Of a DNA stretch of 64,000 nucleotides, positions 1-9,657 are shown in pieces. The position numbers were made by a program, and so were the translations under genes. Position 1 is the stretch's first letter, and each line of letters starts with the position of its first letter. The stretch is from Hyphomonas sp. (GTDB lineage: Bacteria > Pseudomonadota > Alphaproteobacteria > Caulobacterales > Hyphomonadaceae). The notes beneath the pieces were generated by a model. The model searched no databases and had not been told where the DNA came from. It saw nothing but the letters and a program-made list of their open reading frames with translations. Where the stretch lies: contig JBKBLD010000013.1 of NCBI GenBank assembly GCA_046296675.1, positions 1,316 through 65,315 of the forward strand, given 5' to 3'.

Positions 1-1
1 G

Positions 2-235
2 CTGGAGAAGATCGAGCGCGGCGCGCGCGCCCAGCTTAATCCCTATGCGGAGCGCAATCCGGCGATGGCGCATATGTATATCTCCAACCCCCTGAACGGG
101 AAGGGTGCGGACAATTTCTTCTCCACCCACCCCTCGACCGCCAACCGCGTCGAAGCGCTGCGCCGCATGGCTGGCGATATGGGCATCTCGGGCGCCCCCA
201 CTCCGACAGCGCGCACCAGCGGCCCGTGGGGTTGA
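2..235 (+). CDS. htpX: Zinc metalloprotease HtpX, C-terminal part (gene starts before the window)
   Basis: Frame 2 reads LEKIERG...[13 protein letters not shown]...[16 protein letters not shown]...GPWG*, the HtpX C-terminal signature (FSTHP). Not in the ORF track. Confidence 0.9.
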   Translation: MEKIERGARAQLNPYAERNPAMAHMYISNPLNGKGADNFFSTHPSTANRVEALRRMAGDMGISGAPTPTARTSGPWG

Positions 236-266
236 GCCTCGCGCACCCCTTCCGGAGGCGGACGGT

Positions 267-1538
267 TTGAGCGGCGCTTCTGCCCGGCTGGCCGCCGGCC
301 ACCTCCTCCATCTGGTGCTCGACAAGCGGCGCACGCTGGACGAAGCGCTGGCGGCGGACGAGGCTTTCAACGCGCTGGAGGGCGCTGACCGCGCCTTTGC
401 CCGTGCCATAGCCTCCTCGGCGCTGCGCCATCTCGGCTGGATCGACAAGGCGGTCGCGCCGCTGATCTCCCGGCCGCTCAATGCGACCGGCGCCGAGATC
501 CGCGCGCTGATCCGTGCCGGCGCCGCCCAGCTCTGGTTCATGGATGTGCCAGCCCATGCGGCAGTTTCCGAGACGGTGGAAGCTGCCCGCCAATGGCCGC
601 CCGCCCGTTCAGGCGGCAGCTTTCTCAACGCCGCGCTGCGGCGCGTGAGCGAGACGCCCTCGCCTGCCCTCACGATGAGCCCCCTCGCCCTCTGGCCCGA
701 CTGGCTGGCCGCGCGCCTCGGCTCTGCCTATGGCCGCGAGGCCGCCGAACGCCTCGCCCGGGCGCAGCTGCAGGAACCCGCCCTGCATCTTTCCGCAAAG
801 TCAGCCCCCGCACGGGTGGCAGAGATGACCGGCGGCGCGCTGCTCGCCGATGGCACGGTGGAACTGGACAGCGGCAGCGTGGAACACATTCCCGGCTATG
901 AAGCGGGTGATTGGTGGGTGCAGGACGCCGCCGCCCGCCTGCCCGCCCGCCTGCTGGACCCTAAGCCCGGCGAGCGCATCCTCGATCTCTGCGCGGCGCC
1001 GGGCGGCAAGACATTGCAGCTTGCGGCCGCCGGCGCGGAGGTGACGGCCCTCGACCGCTCGCGGCCCCGGCTGGAGCGGCTGAAGGAAAACCTCGCCCGC
1101 ACCGGGCTTCACGCCGAAGTGATCGTCGCCGATGGCGAGGCCTGGCAGCCGCCTGCTCCCTTCCCGAAAATCCTGCTGGATGCGCCCTGTTCTGCCCTCG
1201 GCACGCTGCGGCGGCATCCGGAAGGCGCCTGGATCAAGACGCAGGCCGATGCCGCCCGCTTTCCGGTGGTACAGGCGAGGCTTCTGGCCGCTGCGGCGGC
1301 CATGCTCGCTCCCGGGGGCACGGTGGTTTACTGTGTCTGCACGCCGCTGCCCGCAGAAGGCGCCGATATTGCAGAGGCCGCCATTAAGCAAGGCGGGCTG
1401 ATCCGCCAGCCCGTCGCGCCCGCCGAAATTCCGGGCTTCGAGCCCTGCCTGACCGATGCCGGAGATGTGCTGACCCTGCCCCGCCCGGACCGGCGCCATG
1501 ACGCCTTTTACATCGCCCGCCTCACCCGGCCGGACTGA
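267..1538 (+). CDS. rsmB: RsmB/NOP (Sun/Fmu) RNA m5C methyltransferase with N-terminal NusB-like domain
   Basis: Motifs WWVQD, ILDLCAAPGGKT, LLDAPCS, VYCVCT. TTG start at 267 chosen because GGAGG lies 8 nt upstream. Confidence 0.9.
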   Translation: MSGASARLAAGHLLHLVLDKRRTLDEALAADEAFNALEGADRAFARAIASSALRHLGWIDKAVAPLISRPLNATGAEIRALIRAGAAQLWFMDVPAHAAVSETVEAARQWPPARSGGSFLNAALRRVSETPSPALTMSPLALWPDWLAARLGSAYGREAAERLARAQLQEPALHLSAKSAPARVAEMTGGALLADGTVELDSGSVEHIPGYEAGDWWVQDAAARLPARLLDPKPGERILDLCAAPGGKTLQLAAAGAEVTALDRSRPRLERLKENLARTGLHAEVIVADGEAWQPPAPFPKILLDAPCSALGTLRRHPEGAWIKTQADAARFPVVQARLLAAAAAMLAPGGTVVYCVCTPLPAEGADIAEAAIKQGGLIRQPVAPAEIPGFEPCLTDAGDVLTLPRPDRRHDAFYIARLTRPD

Positions 1539-1656
1539 CCTTGCCAAACCGTAATTGTTTTCTGAACGGAAATCCCTGTCGGAATTCATATCTCATTCAG
1601 CAGCCCCTGCGGTATAAGGCCCTCATCGCAGGTATGCAGTGCGAAAGGATAACACG

Positions 1657-2145
1657 ATGACCACGGCGATCGCCCTCCGGGCAACCAAACACAAGCTGGC
1701 AGCGGGCGTGCTCGCCGCCTTCACCATGGCCCTTGCTGGCTGCGCCAACTCCTATGGCCCCGGCACGGCAAGCCCCTCTTCGGTCGGACAGGCATCGACC
1801 GTCTATACCGGCTATGTCCAGTCGGTGCGCGAAGTCACGATCCGTTCGGATCGCTCGCTGATCGGTACCGCCACCGGCGCCGTTCTCGGCGGTCTCGCCG
1901 GCTCTGAACTGGGCGGCGGCGACAAGGCCCAGACGGCAGGCGCCATCGGCGGCGCGGTCATCGGCGGTATCGCCGGTAACGAGGCCGGCAAGGCTGTCGG
2001 CACCCGCCGCGGCTACGCCTACACGATCCGCTTCGACAATGGCGAAGTGCGCGAAATCACGCAGGGCGCCGACATCTATATCCAGCCGGGCACCCCGGTG
2101 AACGCGATTGCCGGCGCCGATGGCTGGCGGGTCGTTCCCCGCTAA
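1657..2145 (+). CDS. Glycine-zipper 2TM outer-membrane lipoprotein (SlyB/Pcp-like)
   Basis: Lipobox LAGC; GAVLGGLAG and GAVIGGIAG glycine zippers; SD AAGGA before ATG 1657. Confidence 0.85.
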   Translation: MTTAIALRATKHKLAAGVLAAFTMALAGCANSYGPGTASPSSVGQASTVYTGYVQSVREVTIRSDRSLIGTATGAVLGGLAGSELGGGDKAQTAGAIGGAVIGGIAGNEAGKAVGTRRGYAYTIRFDNGEVREITQGADIYIQPGTPVNAIAGADGWRVVPR

Positions 2146-2171
2146 CCTGGCCCGAGAACCCGGTTAACCGG

Positions 2172-2208
2172 ACAGCCGGCTGCCTTGTGCGGCCGGCTGT
2201 TCCCTTTT
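2172..2208 (+). terminator. Intrinsic terminator after the lipoprotein gene
   Basis: ACAGCCGGCTGC-cttgt-GCGGCCGGCTGT stem followed by TCCCTTTT. Confidence 0.65.
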
Positions 2209-2219
2209 AGGGAGGGGGA

Positions 2220-2888
2220 ATGAACCCCGTCCTGATCTCACCATCGATTCTGTCTGCCGACTTCGCCAAGCTGGGGGAGGAAATCCGCGCCATCGACGCG
2301 GCCGGCGCCGACATGATCCATGTCGATGTGATGGACGGCCATTTCGTGCCGAACCTGACCTTCGGCCCGCCGGTCATCGAAAAGCTGCGCCCGCACACAA
2401 AGAAGCCCTTCGACGTGCATCTGATGATCGCGCCGGTAGATCCGTTTATCGAGGACTTCGCCCGCGCCGGCGCGGACATCCTGACCGTGCATCCCGAAGC
2501 GGGCCCTCACCTGCACCGCACGCTGCAGGCGGTCCGCGCGGCCGGGATGCGCCCCGGCGTGGCCCTGAACCCCGGCACACCTGCCAGCGTGGTCGAGCCG
2601 GTGATCGGCGATATCGACCTCGTTCTCGTCATGTCGGTGAACCCCGGCTTCGGCGGGCAGAGCTTCATCGAAAGCCAGTTGCGCAAGGTCGAAGCGCTGC
2701 GCCAGATGATTGATGCGTCTGGCCGCGACATCATTCTTGAGATCGATGGCGGGCTCAACGCCGAAACTGCACCGCGCGCCATTGCTGCGGGTGTCACCGC
2801 TATTGTCGCCGGATCCGCCGTATTCAAGGGCGGCCCGGAGGCCTATGCTGCGAACATCCGGGCATTGAGGCCGCAGGTCACCGCTTAG
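2220..2888 (+). CDS. rpe: Ribulose-phosphate 3-epimerase
   Basis: [39 protein letters not shown]. Confidence 0.98.
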   Translation: MNPVLISPSILSADFAKLGEEIRAIDAAGADMIHVDVMDGHFVPNLTFGPPVIEKLRPHTKKPFDVHLMIAPVDPFIEDFARAGADILTVHPEAGPHLHRTLQAVRAAGMRPGVALNPGTPASVVEPVIGDIDLVLVMSVNPGFGGQSFIESQLRKVEALRQMIDASGRDIILEIDGGLNAETAPRAIAAGVTAIVAGSAVFKGGPEAYAANIRALRPQVTA

Positions 2889-2916
2889 CCGGCACGCGCA
2901 CCGGACGGGGTCTGAA

Positions 2917-4644
2917 TTGGCTGAAAGCGACAATGATTTCCAGACTGAGCGCACCCGCAGCAGCAGCGACGACGCCGCGCTGTGGCGCCGGTTCCGCGGG
3001 GTCGCCGGAGAGGATGCCCGTGTCTCGACGCTGCAGAAGCTGAAGCTGACCGGCCACGGCGCCGACCGTTTCAGCCTGCACCTCGCAAACATTCTGCCTC
3101 CGGACGAGCGGCGCGGCGAAGCGATCCTCGGCGGCGTCTGGCGCATCGGCCAGCAGCGGATGACCCTCCAGAATGGCGAAGCGCCGTGGAGCCTGGAAAT
3201 GCCGTCACGCCACTTTGCGGACCGTATCCACCGCTTCGGCTGGCTGCCCGACCTTCTGGGACAGGGCGCGGAGGGTGCGGCCCGCGCCCGCGCCCATGTC
3301 GATGACTGGATCGAACGTTTCGGCCGGTTCAATGGGTTTGCCTGGCGGGTGGAGCCGACGGCCAGCCGGGTCTGGAACTGGATGCGCTGCGGCGAGGCCA
3401 TGTTCGGGGAAGACAGCGAGGAAGCCCGGGCCGCACGGCTGGACGCGCTGTCCCGCCAGATGCGCTATCTCGCCGAGACGGTGGACGCCGCGCACGATCC
3501 GAAGTCGCGCTGGCTGGGCGCGGCCGCGCTTGCCGCCGGGGCGATCTGTCTGCGCGGCGGAGCGGGCCTCGCGGAAGCGCTGGACCGGCTGGAGGCGGAA
3601 ACGACCGCGCAGATCCTGCCCGATGGCGGCCATGTCAGCCGCAGCCCGGCGCATCTCCTGGCCAGCCTTATCCATCTGCAGACAATCGAGGACGCCCTGA
3701 GGCGCGCCGGACGGCCGGTACCGGACTGGCTGGAGAAATGGCTGCCCCGCATGGGCGCGATGCTGGCCTTCTTCCGCTCCGGCGACGGCGCGCTTGATCC
3801 GTTCAATGACGGGGACGAATCGCGCCCCGAAGTGGTCGAGGCCGCCATCGCCCGGCTGGGCGAGACCCCGCGCCGCTTCCTCTTCGCGCCGAAATCAGGC
3901 TTCCAGAAGATCGAGCGCGGCGGCCTGCGCTTCGTGCTCGATTGCGGCGAGGCCCCGCCCCGCGCCTTTGCCGAACATGCCCGCGCCGGCGCGCTCGGCT
4001 TCGAACTCTCCGACGGCCCGGCCCGGATCGTCACCTCCTGCGGCTTCTCATCCGAGGTGAACGTTGACTGGCAGGCCGCCGTGCGCCGCACCAGCGCCCA
4101 TTCCACCCTCATCATCGCCGGTCGAGATTCCGGCGCCTTCACCCTCAATGACGAGACCCGCATGCGCGCCCTCACCGGGCCGGAAGGCATCGCCGCAAAG
4201 CGGCTGGAGGAAGCGACCGAAATCTGGCTCGACGCCCAGCATGCCGGCTACAAGGCCGCCTATGGTCTGCTCCACCGCCGCCGCATCTTCGTCTCCGGCG
4301 CGGGCGACCGGCTGACCGGCGAGGACTCGCTCGTGCGTCCCGTCGCCCAGCCGAAGGCAGATGACAAGAAGCCGATCCCCTTCGAGATCCGCTTTCATCT
4401 CCATCCGACGATCACCGCGCATATGGGCCGCGACGCGATCCGCCTCGTCAGCGACACCGGCATCATCTGGCGCTTCAAGACCAGCCATGAAGGCGCGCGC
4501 CTCGAGCGCACCGTCTATCTCGCCCGCGGCGTGGTCGAGCAGCCCGAACAGATCGTTCTCTCCGGCTTTGCCGACCCCAACGGTGACGGCAGCGAGCCGC
4601 CGAACGCCGTGCGCTGGGCCTTCCTCCGGGAAAGCGCGGCTTGA
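2917..4644 (+). CDS. Heparinase II/III-family protein
   Basis: QILPDGGHVSRSP, RRTSAHSTL and FEIRFHLHP motifs; conserved rpe-heparinase-purH context in Alphaproteobacteria. Confidence 0.8.
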   Translation: MAESDNDFQTERTRSSSDDAALWRRFRGVAGEDARVSTLQKLKLTGHGADRFSLHLANILPPDERRGEAILGGVWRIGQQRMTLQNGEAPWSLEMPSRHFADRIHRFGWLPDLLGQGAEGAARARAHVDDWIERFGRFNGFAWRVEPTASRVWNWMRCGEAMFGEDSEEARAARLDALSRQMRYLAETVDAAHDPKSRWLGAAALAAGAICLRGGAGLAEALDRLEAETTAQILPDGGHVSRSPAHLLASLIHLQTIEDALRRAGRPVPDWLEKWLPRMGAMLAFFRSGDGALDPFNDGDESRPEVVEAAIARLGETPRRFLFAPKSGFQKIERGGLRFVLDCGEAPPRAFAEHARAGALGFELSDGPARIVTSCGFSSEVNVDWQAAVRRTSAHSTLIIAGRDSGAFTLNDETRMRALTGPEGIAAKRLEEATEIWLDAQHAGYKAAYGLLHRRRIFVSGAGDRLTGEDSLVRPVAQPKADDKKPIPFEIRFHLHPTITAHMGRDAIRLVSDTGIIWRFKTSHEGARLERTVYLARGVVEQPEQIVLSGFADPNGDGSEPPNAVRWAFLRESAA

Positions 4645-4667
4645 CGCGCGGGCGTCAAATGCTAGGC
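4641..4667 (+). promoter_or_regulatory. Putative sigma70 promoter of purH
   Basis: TTGACG (-35) and GCTAGGC (-10) resemble the Caulobacter-type housekeeping consensus. Confidence 0.5.
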
Positions 4668-4707
4668 CGCGCGCAGCTTTCCCACCGCTTCTGAAGGAGC
4701 AGCCCCC

Positions 4708-6294
4708 ATGTCCGGCGCCCCCGTCACGCTTCGCCGCGCGCTCATTTCCGTTTCCGACAAGACCGGCCTGATCGAGCAGGCAAAGCGCCTCGCCGCCCTC
4801 GGTGTCGAACTCGTCTCCACAGGCGGCACCTCCAAGGCGCTGAAGGAAGCGGGCCTGACGGTGAAGGATGTCTCGGAGCTGACCGGCTTTCCCGAGATGA
4901 TGGACGGGCGCGTCAAGACGCTCCACCCGGCCGTCCACGGCGGCCTCCTCTACCTGCGCGACAATCCCAGCCATGTGAAAGACGCCGAAACCCATGGCAT
5001 CGGCGCCATCGACCTTATCTATGTCAATCTCTACCCCTTCGAGGCCACCGTTGCCTCGGGCGCGGACTTCGAGACCTGTATCGAGAATATCGACATCGGC
5101 GGCCCCGCGATGCTGCGCGCGGCGGCCAAGAACGGCGCCTTCGTGGCCGTCTGCACTGATGGCGGCGATGTCGACGCGGTGCTGGCCGAGGCGGAGGCGA
5201 ATGGCGCGGTGAGCCCTGCCCTCCTCCGCCGCCTCGCGGCCAAGACCTATGCCCGCACCGCCGCCTATGACGCGGCCATCTCCGCCTGGTATGCCAAGCA
5301 GATCGGCGAGGACGCGCCGGATTGGGCGGCGATCGGGGGCCGCCTCCAACAATCCCTCCGCTACGGCGAAAACCCGCACCAGAAAGCCGCCTTCTACGTC
5401 ACAGGCGAAAAGCGCCCCGGCGTTGCCGCCGCGCGCCAGCTTCAGGGCAAGGAGCTGTCCTATAACAACATCAACGACACCGACGCGGCCTATGAGCTGA
5501 TCGGGGAGCTGGGCGCGGAAACCCCCGCCGTCGCCATCATCAAACATGCCAACCCCTGCGGCGTGGCCCTCGGCCCGAACATCATCGAGGCGTACAAGGC
5601 GGCCCTCGCCTGCGACCCCACCTCCGCCTTTGGCGGCATTGTGGCGCTCAACCGCCCGCTGGACGAGGAAACAGCGAAAGTCATCACGGAGATCTTCACC
5701 GAAGTCGTCATCGCGCCGGGCGCGGACGCCGCCGCTGAAGCGATCTTTGCCAAGAAGAAAAACCTCCGCCTCCTGATCACCGATGGCCTGCCGGACCCGG
5801 CCGCGCCGGGCGTGTTCGCCAAGACAGTCGCGGGCGGCTTCCTGCTGCAGGACCGGGACGCGGGCCGGATCGCGCGGGCGGACCTGAAGATCGTCACCAA
5901 ACGTGCGCCCACGGAGCAGGAGCTTTCCGACATGCTGTTCGCCTGGCGCGTGGCCAAGCACGTGAAATCCAACACCATCGTCTACGCCAAAGACGGCGTC
6001 ACCGCCGGCATCGGCGCCGGCCAGATGAGCCGCATCGACAGCGCCCGCATCGCCGCCCGCAAAGCCGTCGACGCCCAGGAAACCGCCGGCTGGGCCGGCC
6101 CTCGCACCAAGGGCTGCGTCGCCGCCTCAGACGCCTTCTTTCCGTTCCCGGACGGTCTCCTGCAAGCCGCCAGCGCCGGCGCCACCGCCGTCATCCAACC
6201 CGGCGGCTCAATCCGCGACGATGAGGTGATCGCGGCGGCGGACGAGGCGGGGCTTGCGATGGTGTTTACGGGGATGCGGCACTTCAGGCATTGA
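4708..6294 (+). CDS. purH: Bifunctional AICAR transformylase/IMP cyclohydrolase
   Basis: [37 protein letters not shown]-terminal FTGMRHFRH. Confidence 0.98.
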   Translation: MSGAPVTLRRALISVSDKTGLIEQAKRLAALGVELVSTGGTSKALKEAGLTVKDVSELTGFPEMMDGRVKTLHPAVHGGLLYLRDNPSHVKDAETHGIGAIDLIYVNLYPFEATVASGADFETCIENIDIGGPAMLRAAAKNGAFVAVCTDGGDVDAVLAEAEANGAVSPALLRRLAAKTYARTAAYDAAISAWYAKQIGEDAPDWAAIGGRLQQSLRYGENPHQKAAFYVTGEKRPGVAAARQLQGKELSYNNINDTDAAYELIGELGAETPAVAIIKHANPCGVALGPNIIEAYKAALACDPTSAFGGIVALNRPLDEETAKVITEIFTEVVIAPGADAAAEAIFAKKKNLRLLITDGLPDPAAPGVFAKTVAGGFLLQDRDAGRIARADLKIVTKRAPTEQELSDMLFAWRVAKHVKSNTIVYAKDGVTAGIGAGQMSRIDSARIAARKAVDAQETAGWAGPRTKGCVAASDAFFPFPDGLLQAASAGATAVIQPGGSIRDDEVIAAADEAGLAMVFTGMRHFRH

Positions 6295-6325
6295 GCAGAA
6301 GATTTGGTATGTCACTCAGCAAAGA

Positions 6326-7354
6326 TTAGTGCTGGGGTATATACTTGGGGACAATGTCTTCACCGACAAAATAGTCTACTTTATTGGCGTCAATCATAGC
6401 CATGTAATAGCATCGACCAAGTTTCGTTAAGGGTAGCTCGGTTTCTTTCGATTGATGCTTGTGCAGCAAGTTTCTGGCGACGAAATATGCGAAAAAGTCC
6501 GCTATCTCCAATCCTATTAAGCTGCCCGGGTAAGCAAACTCTGGTGGGTCGATTTCATTCCCGTGGGTAAGTAGTTCCGAAGCCAAGTAATGACGTGACC
6601 CGAGAAAAGTCTCCCTCGACCACCCCTCGATATGCGGTAGTTGCCTTATTGTTTTCTGTGCGTCCAGTGTGAACTTAGGTTTTAATCCCTGAGCTGTGGT
6701 TCGAAATATCGCTGAAGAAAGAAGCGCCAAATGCATCACTGACATAGCGTCTTTTCGAGATTTTTTTGCCTCTGATTTGGAGGGCTTTTCTCGAAAACCG
6801 AACACCACGGTGTTCCAGGTGAATTGATCCGCCTCTTTTATAACAGAAGCGACTTCCTCAACGAACTTCATGACCTGAGCTTGGCTCAATTGAGAAAAGC
6901 GCGGATGTTTGATGCGAGCGTTTCCAGGAAAGATATCCTTAAGATGAACGCGCCAACGCTCAGGATCAATACTCGGAAGTAGATTTGCTTTTGCAGCTTG
7001 AAACGATCTTTCGATTTGGCCAACCGTGCCGCTAGTTCCTCCTATTAGACAATAGCATTCGATTATCCAGTTTGGTGTGTCGCGTTCGGCTTCGTCACCA
7101 AAAAAGTGGACAACATGCGTTAACTTCGTCGGCTTGATCTCGAACTCTACGGTATGGCCGCAGGCGCAGTTCATGCTTATTGAAAGTCGTTGCCAAAAGC
7201 CGCCCGAAGGATCGGGTGGGTCAGGGTAAACAGGACCGAATGGCTGATCAAACCTCTCCCAGATATCTGGCCTAACAATACGGTTGCAGGCCGAACAGGA
7301 AACATGAGCGTCGGCGAGTTCGGCAGGAAGAAATGGCGGTTGCTGGAATCTCAT
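6326..7354 (-). CDS. Low-GC hypothetical protein: N-terminal Zn ribbon plus DUF3800-like (RNase H-like) domain
   Basis: CSAC...CACGH; HFFGDEA, RVHLKDI, KFTLDA and GSLIGLEIADFFAY resemble DUF3800 motifs; sampled lines 40-48% GC; GGAG just before ATG 7354. Confidence 0.6.
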   Translation of the reverse strand: MRFQQPPFLPAELADAHVSCSACNRIVRPDIWERFDQPFGPVYPDPPDPSGGFWQRLSISMNCACGHTVEFEIKPTKLTHVVHFFGDEAERDTPNWIIECYCLIGGTSGTVGQIERSFQAAKANLLPSIDPERWRVHLKDIFPGNARIKHPRFSQLSQAQVMKFVEEVASVIKEADQFTWNTVVFGFREKPSKSEAKKSRKDAMSVMHLALLSSAIFRTTAQGLKPKFTLDAQKTIRQLPHIEGWSRETFLGSRHYLASELLTHGNEIDPPEFAYPGSLIGLEIADFFAYFVARNLLHKHQSKETELPLTKLGRCYYMAMIDANKVDYFVGEDIVPKYIPQH

Positions 7355-7398
7355 ATGACTCCATAACAAAGCAGGGTGCTAATCTACAACCGATCACA

Positions 7399-7422
7399 AG
7401 CCCTGGTTGCCCACCGGGCTAC
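7399..7422 (-). repeat. GTAG-type REP-like hairpin
   Basis: Minus strand reads GTAG-CCCGGT-gggca-ACCaGGGCT. Confidence 0.5.
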
Positions 7423-7442
7423 GGTGACGCTGGACGCTAGGT

Positions 7443-7484
7443 GGTGGGTATCGACCCGCTTTCGCGGGGCTCAGCCCACCCTAC
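7443..7484 (-). repeat. GTAG-type REP hairpin with an inner GAAA-tetraloop stem
   Basis: Minus strand reads GTAG-GGTGGG-ctgagc-CCCGC-GAAA-GCGGG-tcgata-CCCACC. Confidence 0.65.
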
Positions 7485-7542
7485 GGTTATCACGGGTACG
7501 GAGTATAAGGCCCTCGCCTCCCACGCCCCTCGGGAGGCCGGG

Positions 7543-8484
7543 CTAGCCTGTGAAGACGCGGACGGGTTCGAACTGGCCGGCGCGAATTTCGCCGAGGGCG
7601 ACGGCGTCCTCACCCGCCAGCGCCAGCGCCGTGCGGTCTTCAGCGTCGCCGCGCTCGTCGCGCCAGCGCTCGACGACATGCGGCATGAGAACCACGGCGC
7701 GGCCCTGGCGGATGTCGGCGGCGTCATGGGCCGAGACCTGGACCTGCGGCATGCCGGTCAGCACCGCGTGCAGCGGCTTCAGCTTCGCCATCAGGGCGGG
7801 CTTGTCATCCTTCAGCGCCTCGAGATCGGCAATGGAGACGGCGCCCGCCGCCTCGAAGGCGCCGACGCGGGTGCGCCGGAGCTGGACGATATGGCCCTCA
7901 GCGCCGAGATCGGCGGCAAGGTCGCGCGCGATGGCGCGGACATAGAAACCCTTGCCGGAGACAACATGGATCACCGTATGGTCCGCGTCCGGCATACCGA
8001 TGACGCGGGCGGCGTGAACGTCCACCTCGCGCGCCTCCAGCTCGAACGCCTCGCCTTCCCGCGCAAGGTCATAGGCGCGCTCGCCCGCAACCTTGATGGC
8101 GGAATATTTCGGCGGGACCTGGCGGATGGTGCCGGTATAGGCCGTCAGGGCGGCCTCGACGGCTTCGCGCGAAGGGCGCACATCGGAGGTGGCGGTGACG
8201 GCGCCTTCCACGTCCTGGCTGGCGGTGGAGACGCCCCAGCGGATGGTGAAGACATATTCCTTGCGCGCGTCCATCGCCCATTGAACCGTTTTCGTCGCCT
8301 GGCCGAGCGCGATCGGCAGGATGCCATCGGCCAGCGGGTCGAGCGTGCCGCCATGGCCGACCTTCTCGGCATTATAGAGCCGCTTGATGATCGCCACGGC
8401 CTGGGTGGAGGTCATGTCGACCGGCTTGAACAGGTTGATCCAGCCCGTGACGGGCTCGCCCTTGCGCTTTCTCTGGCGGGACAT
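7543..8484 (-). CDS. truB: tRNA pseudouridine-55 synthase
   Basis: KVGHGGTLDPLADG, QVPPKYSAIKVAG, SGKGFYVRAIARD. Confidence 0.97.
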   Translation of the reverse strand: MSRQRKRKGEPVTGWINLFKPVDMTSTQAVAIIKRLYNAEKVGHGGTLDPLADGILPIALGQATKTVQWAMDARKEYVFTIRWGVSTASQDVEGAVTATSDVRPSREAVEAALTAYTGTIRQVPPKYSAIKVAGERAYDLAREGEAFELEAREVDVHAARVIGMPDADHTVIHVVSGKGFYVRAIARDLAADLGAEGHIVQLRRTRVGAFEAAGAVSIADLEALKDDKPALMAKLKPLHAVLTGMPQVQVSAHDAADIRQGRAVVLMPHVVERWRDERGDAEDRTALALAGEDAVALGEIRAGQFEPVRVFTG

Positions 8485-8684
8485 ATCTTCTCCGGAAGGC
8501 ACCGGCGGCGCGGTTCGAACGCGCGGCCGGCGGGAATGGGACTGCGTTGGTTGCGGGGGCTTAAGCGCGGGCCGGGCGGTTCGTCAATCCATGCGGCTGC
8601 ATGCGGCGGGGCCTTGGCGCGCACAATTCCATTGCGTCATCGTGGATCGGGGCCATATCCGGATAAGCCCCGGAAGGATTTGCG

Positions 8685-9122
8685 ATGCGCCAGACCGAAG
8701 ACCCCCTGCTCCTGGATAACCAGCTCTGCTTTGCGCTTTATTCGGCATCCCTGCAGATGACCAAGCGCTACAAGCCGCTGCTGGACGAGATCGGGCTGAC
8801 CTATCCGCAATACATCACGCTGCTGGTGCTGTGGGAGAAGGACGGGGTGACCGTCGGCGAGCTGGGGGAGCGGCTGTTTCTTGATTCCGGCACACTGACG
8901 CCGCTTTTGAAGCGGCTGGAAAAGGCGGGGCTCATCCGCCGCACGCGCAATGAGGCCGATGAGCGCCAGGTGCTGGTCCGCCTGACGCCGGCCGGGCGGG
9001 CGCTGAAGGAAAAGGCGGCCTGCATTCCGCTTGAGATCGCCGGGGCGGGCGGCATGGCGCTGTCCGAGATCCAGGGATTGCGGAAGAGGCTGAAGAAGCT
9101 GCGCGCTGCGCTCGCCGGCTAG
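8685..9122 (+). CDS. ohrR: MarR-family organic hydroperoxide sensor OhrR
   Basis: LDNQLCFALYSAS (sensing Cys), LTYPQY, LDSGTLTPLLKRLE, second Cys in AACIP; adjacent to ohr. Confidence 0.93.
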   Translation: MRQTEDPLLLDNQLCFALYSASLQMTKRYKPLLDEIGLTYPQYITLLVLWEKDGVTVGELGERLFLDSGTLTPLLKRLEKAGLIRRTRNEADERQVLVRLTPAGRALKEKAACIPLEIAGAGGMALSEIQGLRKRLKKLRAALAG

Positions 9123-9170
9123 CGCAGTCATGAGGGCAGATGCAGATCGGCGGGAAAACTCGATCTGATG

Positions 9171-9193
9171 TATTGTACACAATATAATTGATA
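9171..9193. promoter_or_regulatory. Probable OhrR operator upstream of ohr
   Basis: TATTGT-AC-ACAATA inverted repeat overlapping CACAATATAATTGAT, similar to TACAATT-N-AATTGTA. A related CACAATTCCATTGCG lies upstream of ohrR (about 8622). Confidence 0.65.
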
Positions 9194-9228
9194 CCTATCT
9201 ATCTGGTGCAGATGCAAAGGAGCTTGCG

Positions 9229-9651
9229 ATGAACATTCTCTACACCGCCCACGCCACCTCATCCGGCGGGCGCACCGGCGAGGCGAAAAGTGATGATGGC
9301 CGCCTCAATGTCACTCTGGATACGCCGAAGGAACTCGGTGGCAGCGGCGGGGCCGGAACCAATCCGGAGCAGCTGTTTGCTGCCGGCTATGCCGCCTGTT
9401 TCCACTCCGCCCTGAAATTCGTCGCCGCGCAGGGAAAAGTGGCGCTGCCCGCCGCCTCCGCCGTGACCGCCCATGTCGGGATCGGCCAGAATCCCAAAGG
9501 CAAGGGTTTTGCGCTGGAGGTGACGATCGAGGTGTCGCTGCCCGGTCTCGACACGGCGGCCGCCGAGGCGCTGGTGCAGGAGACGCATCAAGTCTGCCCC
9601 TATTCCAACGCGACGCGCGGGAATGTGGATGTAACGCTCCGCCTCGTCTGA
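9229..9651 (+). CDS. ohr: Organic hydroperoxide resistance peroxidase
   Basis: [16 protein letters not shown] and [13 protein letters not shown]. Confidence 0.96.
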   Translation: MNILYTAHATSSGGRTGEAKSDDGRLNVTLDTPKELGGSGGAGTNPEQLFAAGYAACFHSALKFVAAQGKVALPAASAVTAHVGIGQNPKGKGFALEVTIEVSLPGLDTAAAEALVQETHQVCPYSNATRGNVDVTLRLV

Positions 9652-9657
9652 GCCGGA

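Noticed and set aside
1612-7515. 13-bp exact repeat GTATAAGGCCCTC at 1612 and 7503 as a possible att site or target duplication
   Set aside because: It brackets core genes rather than the island, and 13-mer matches are expected by chance in 64 kb.
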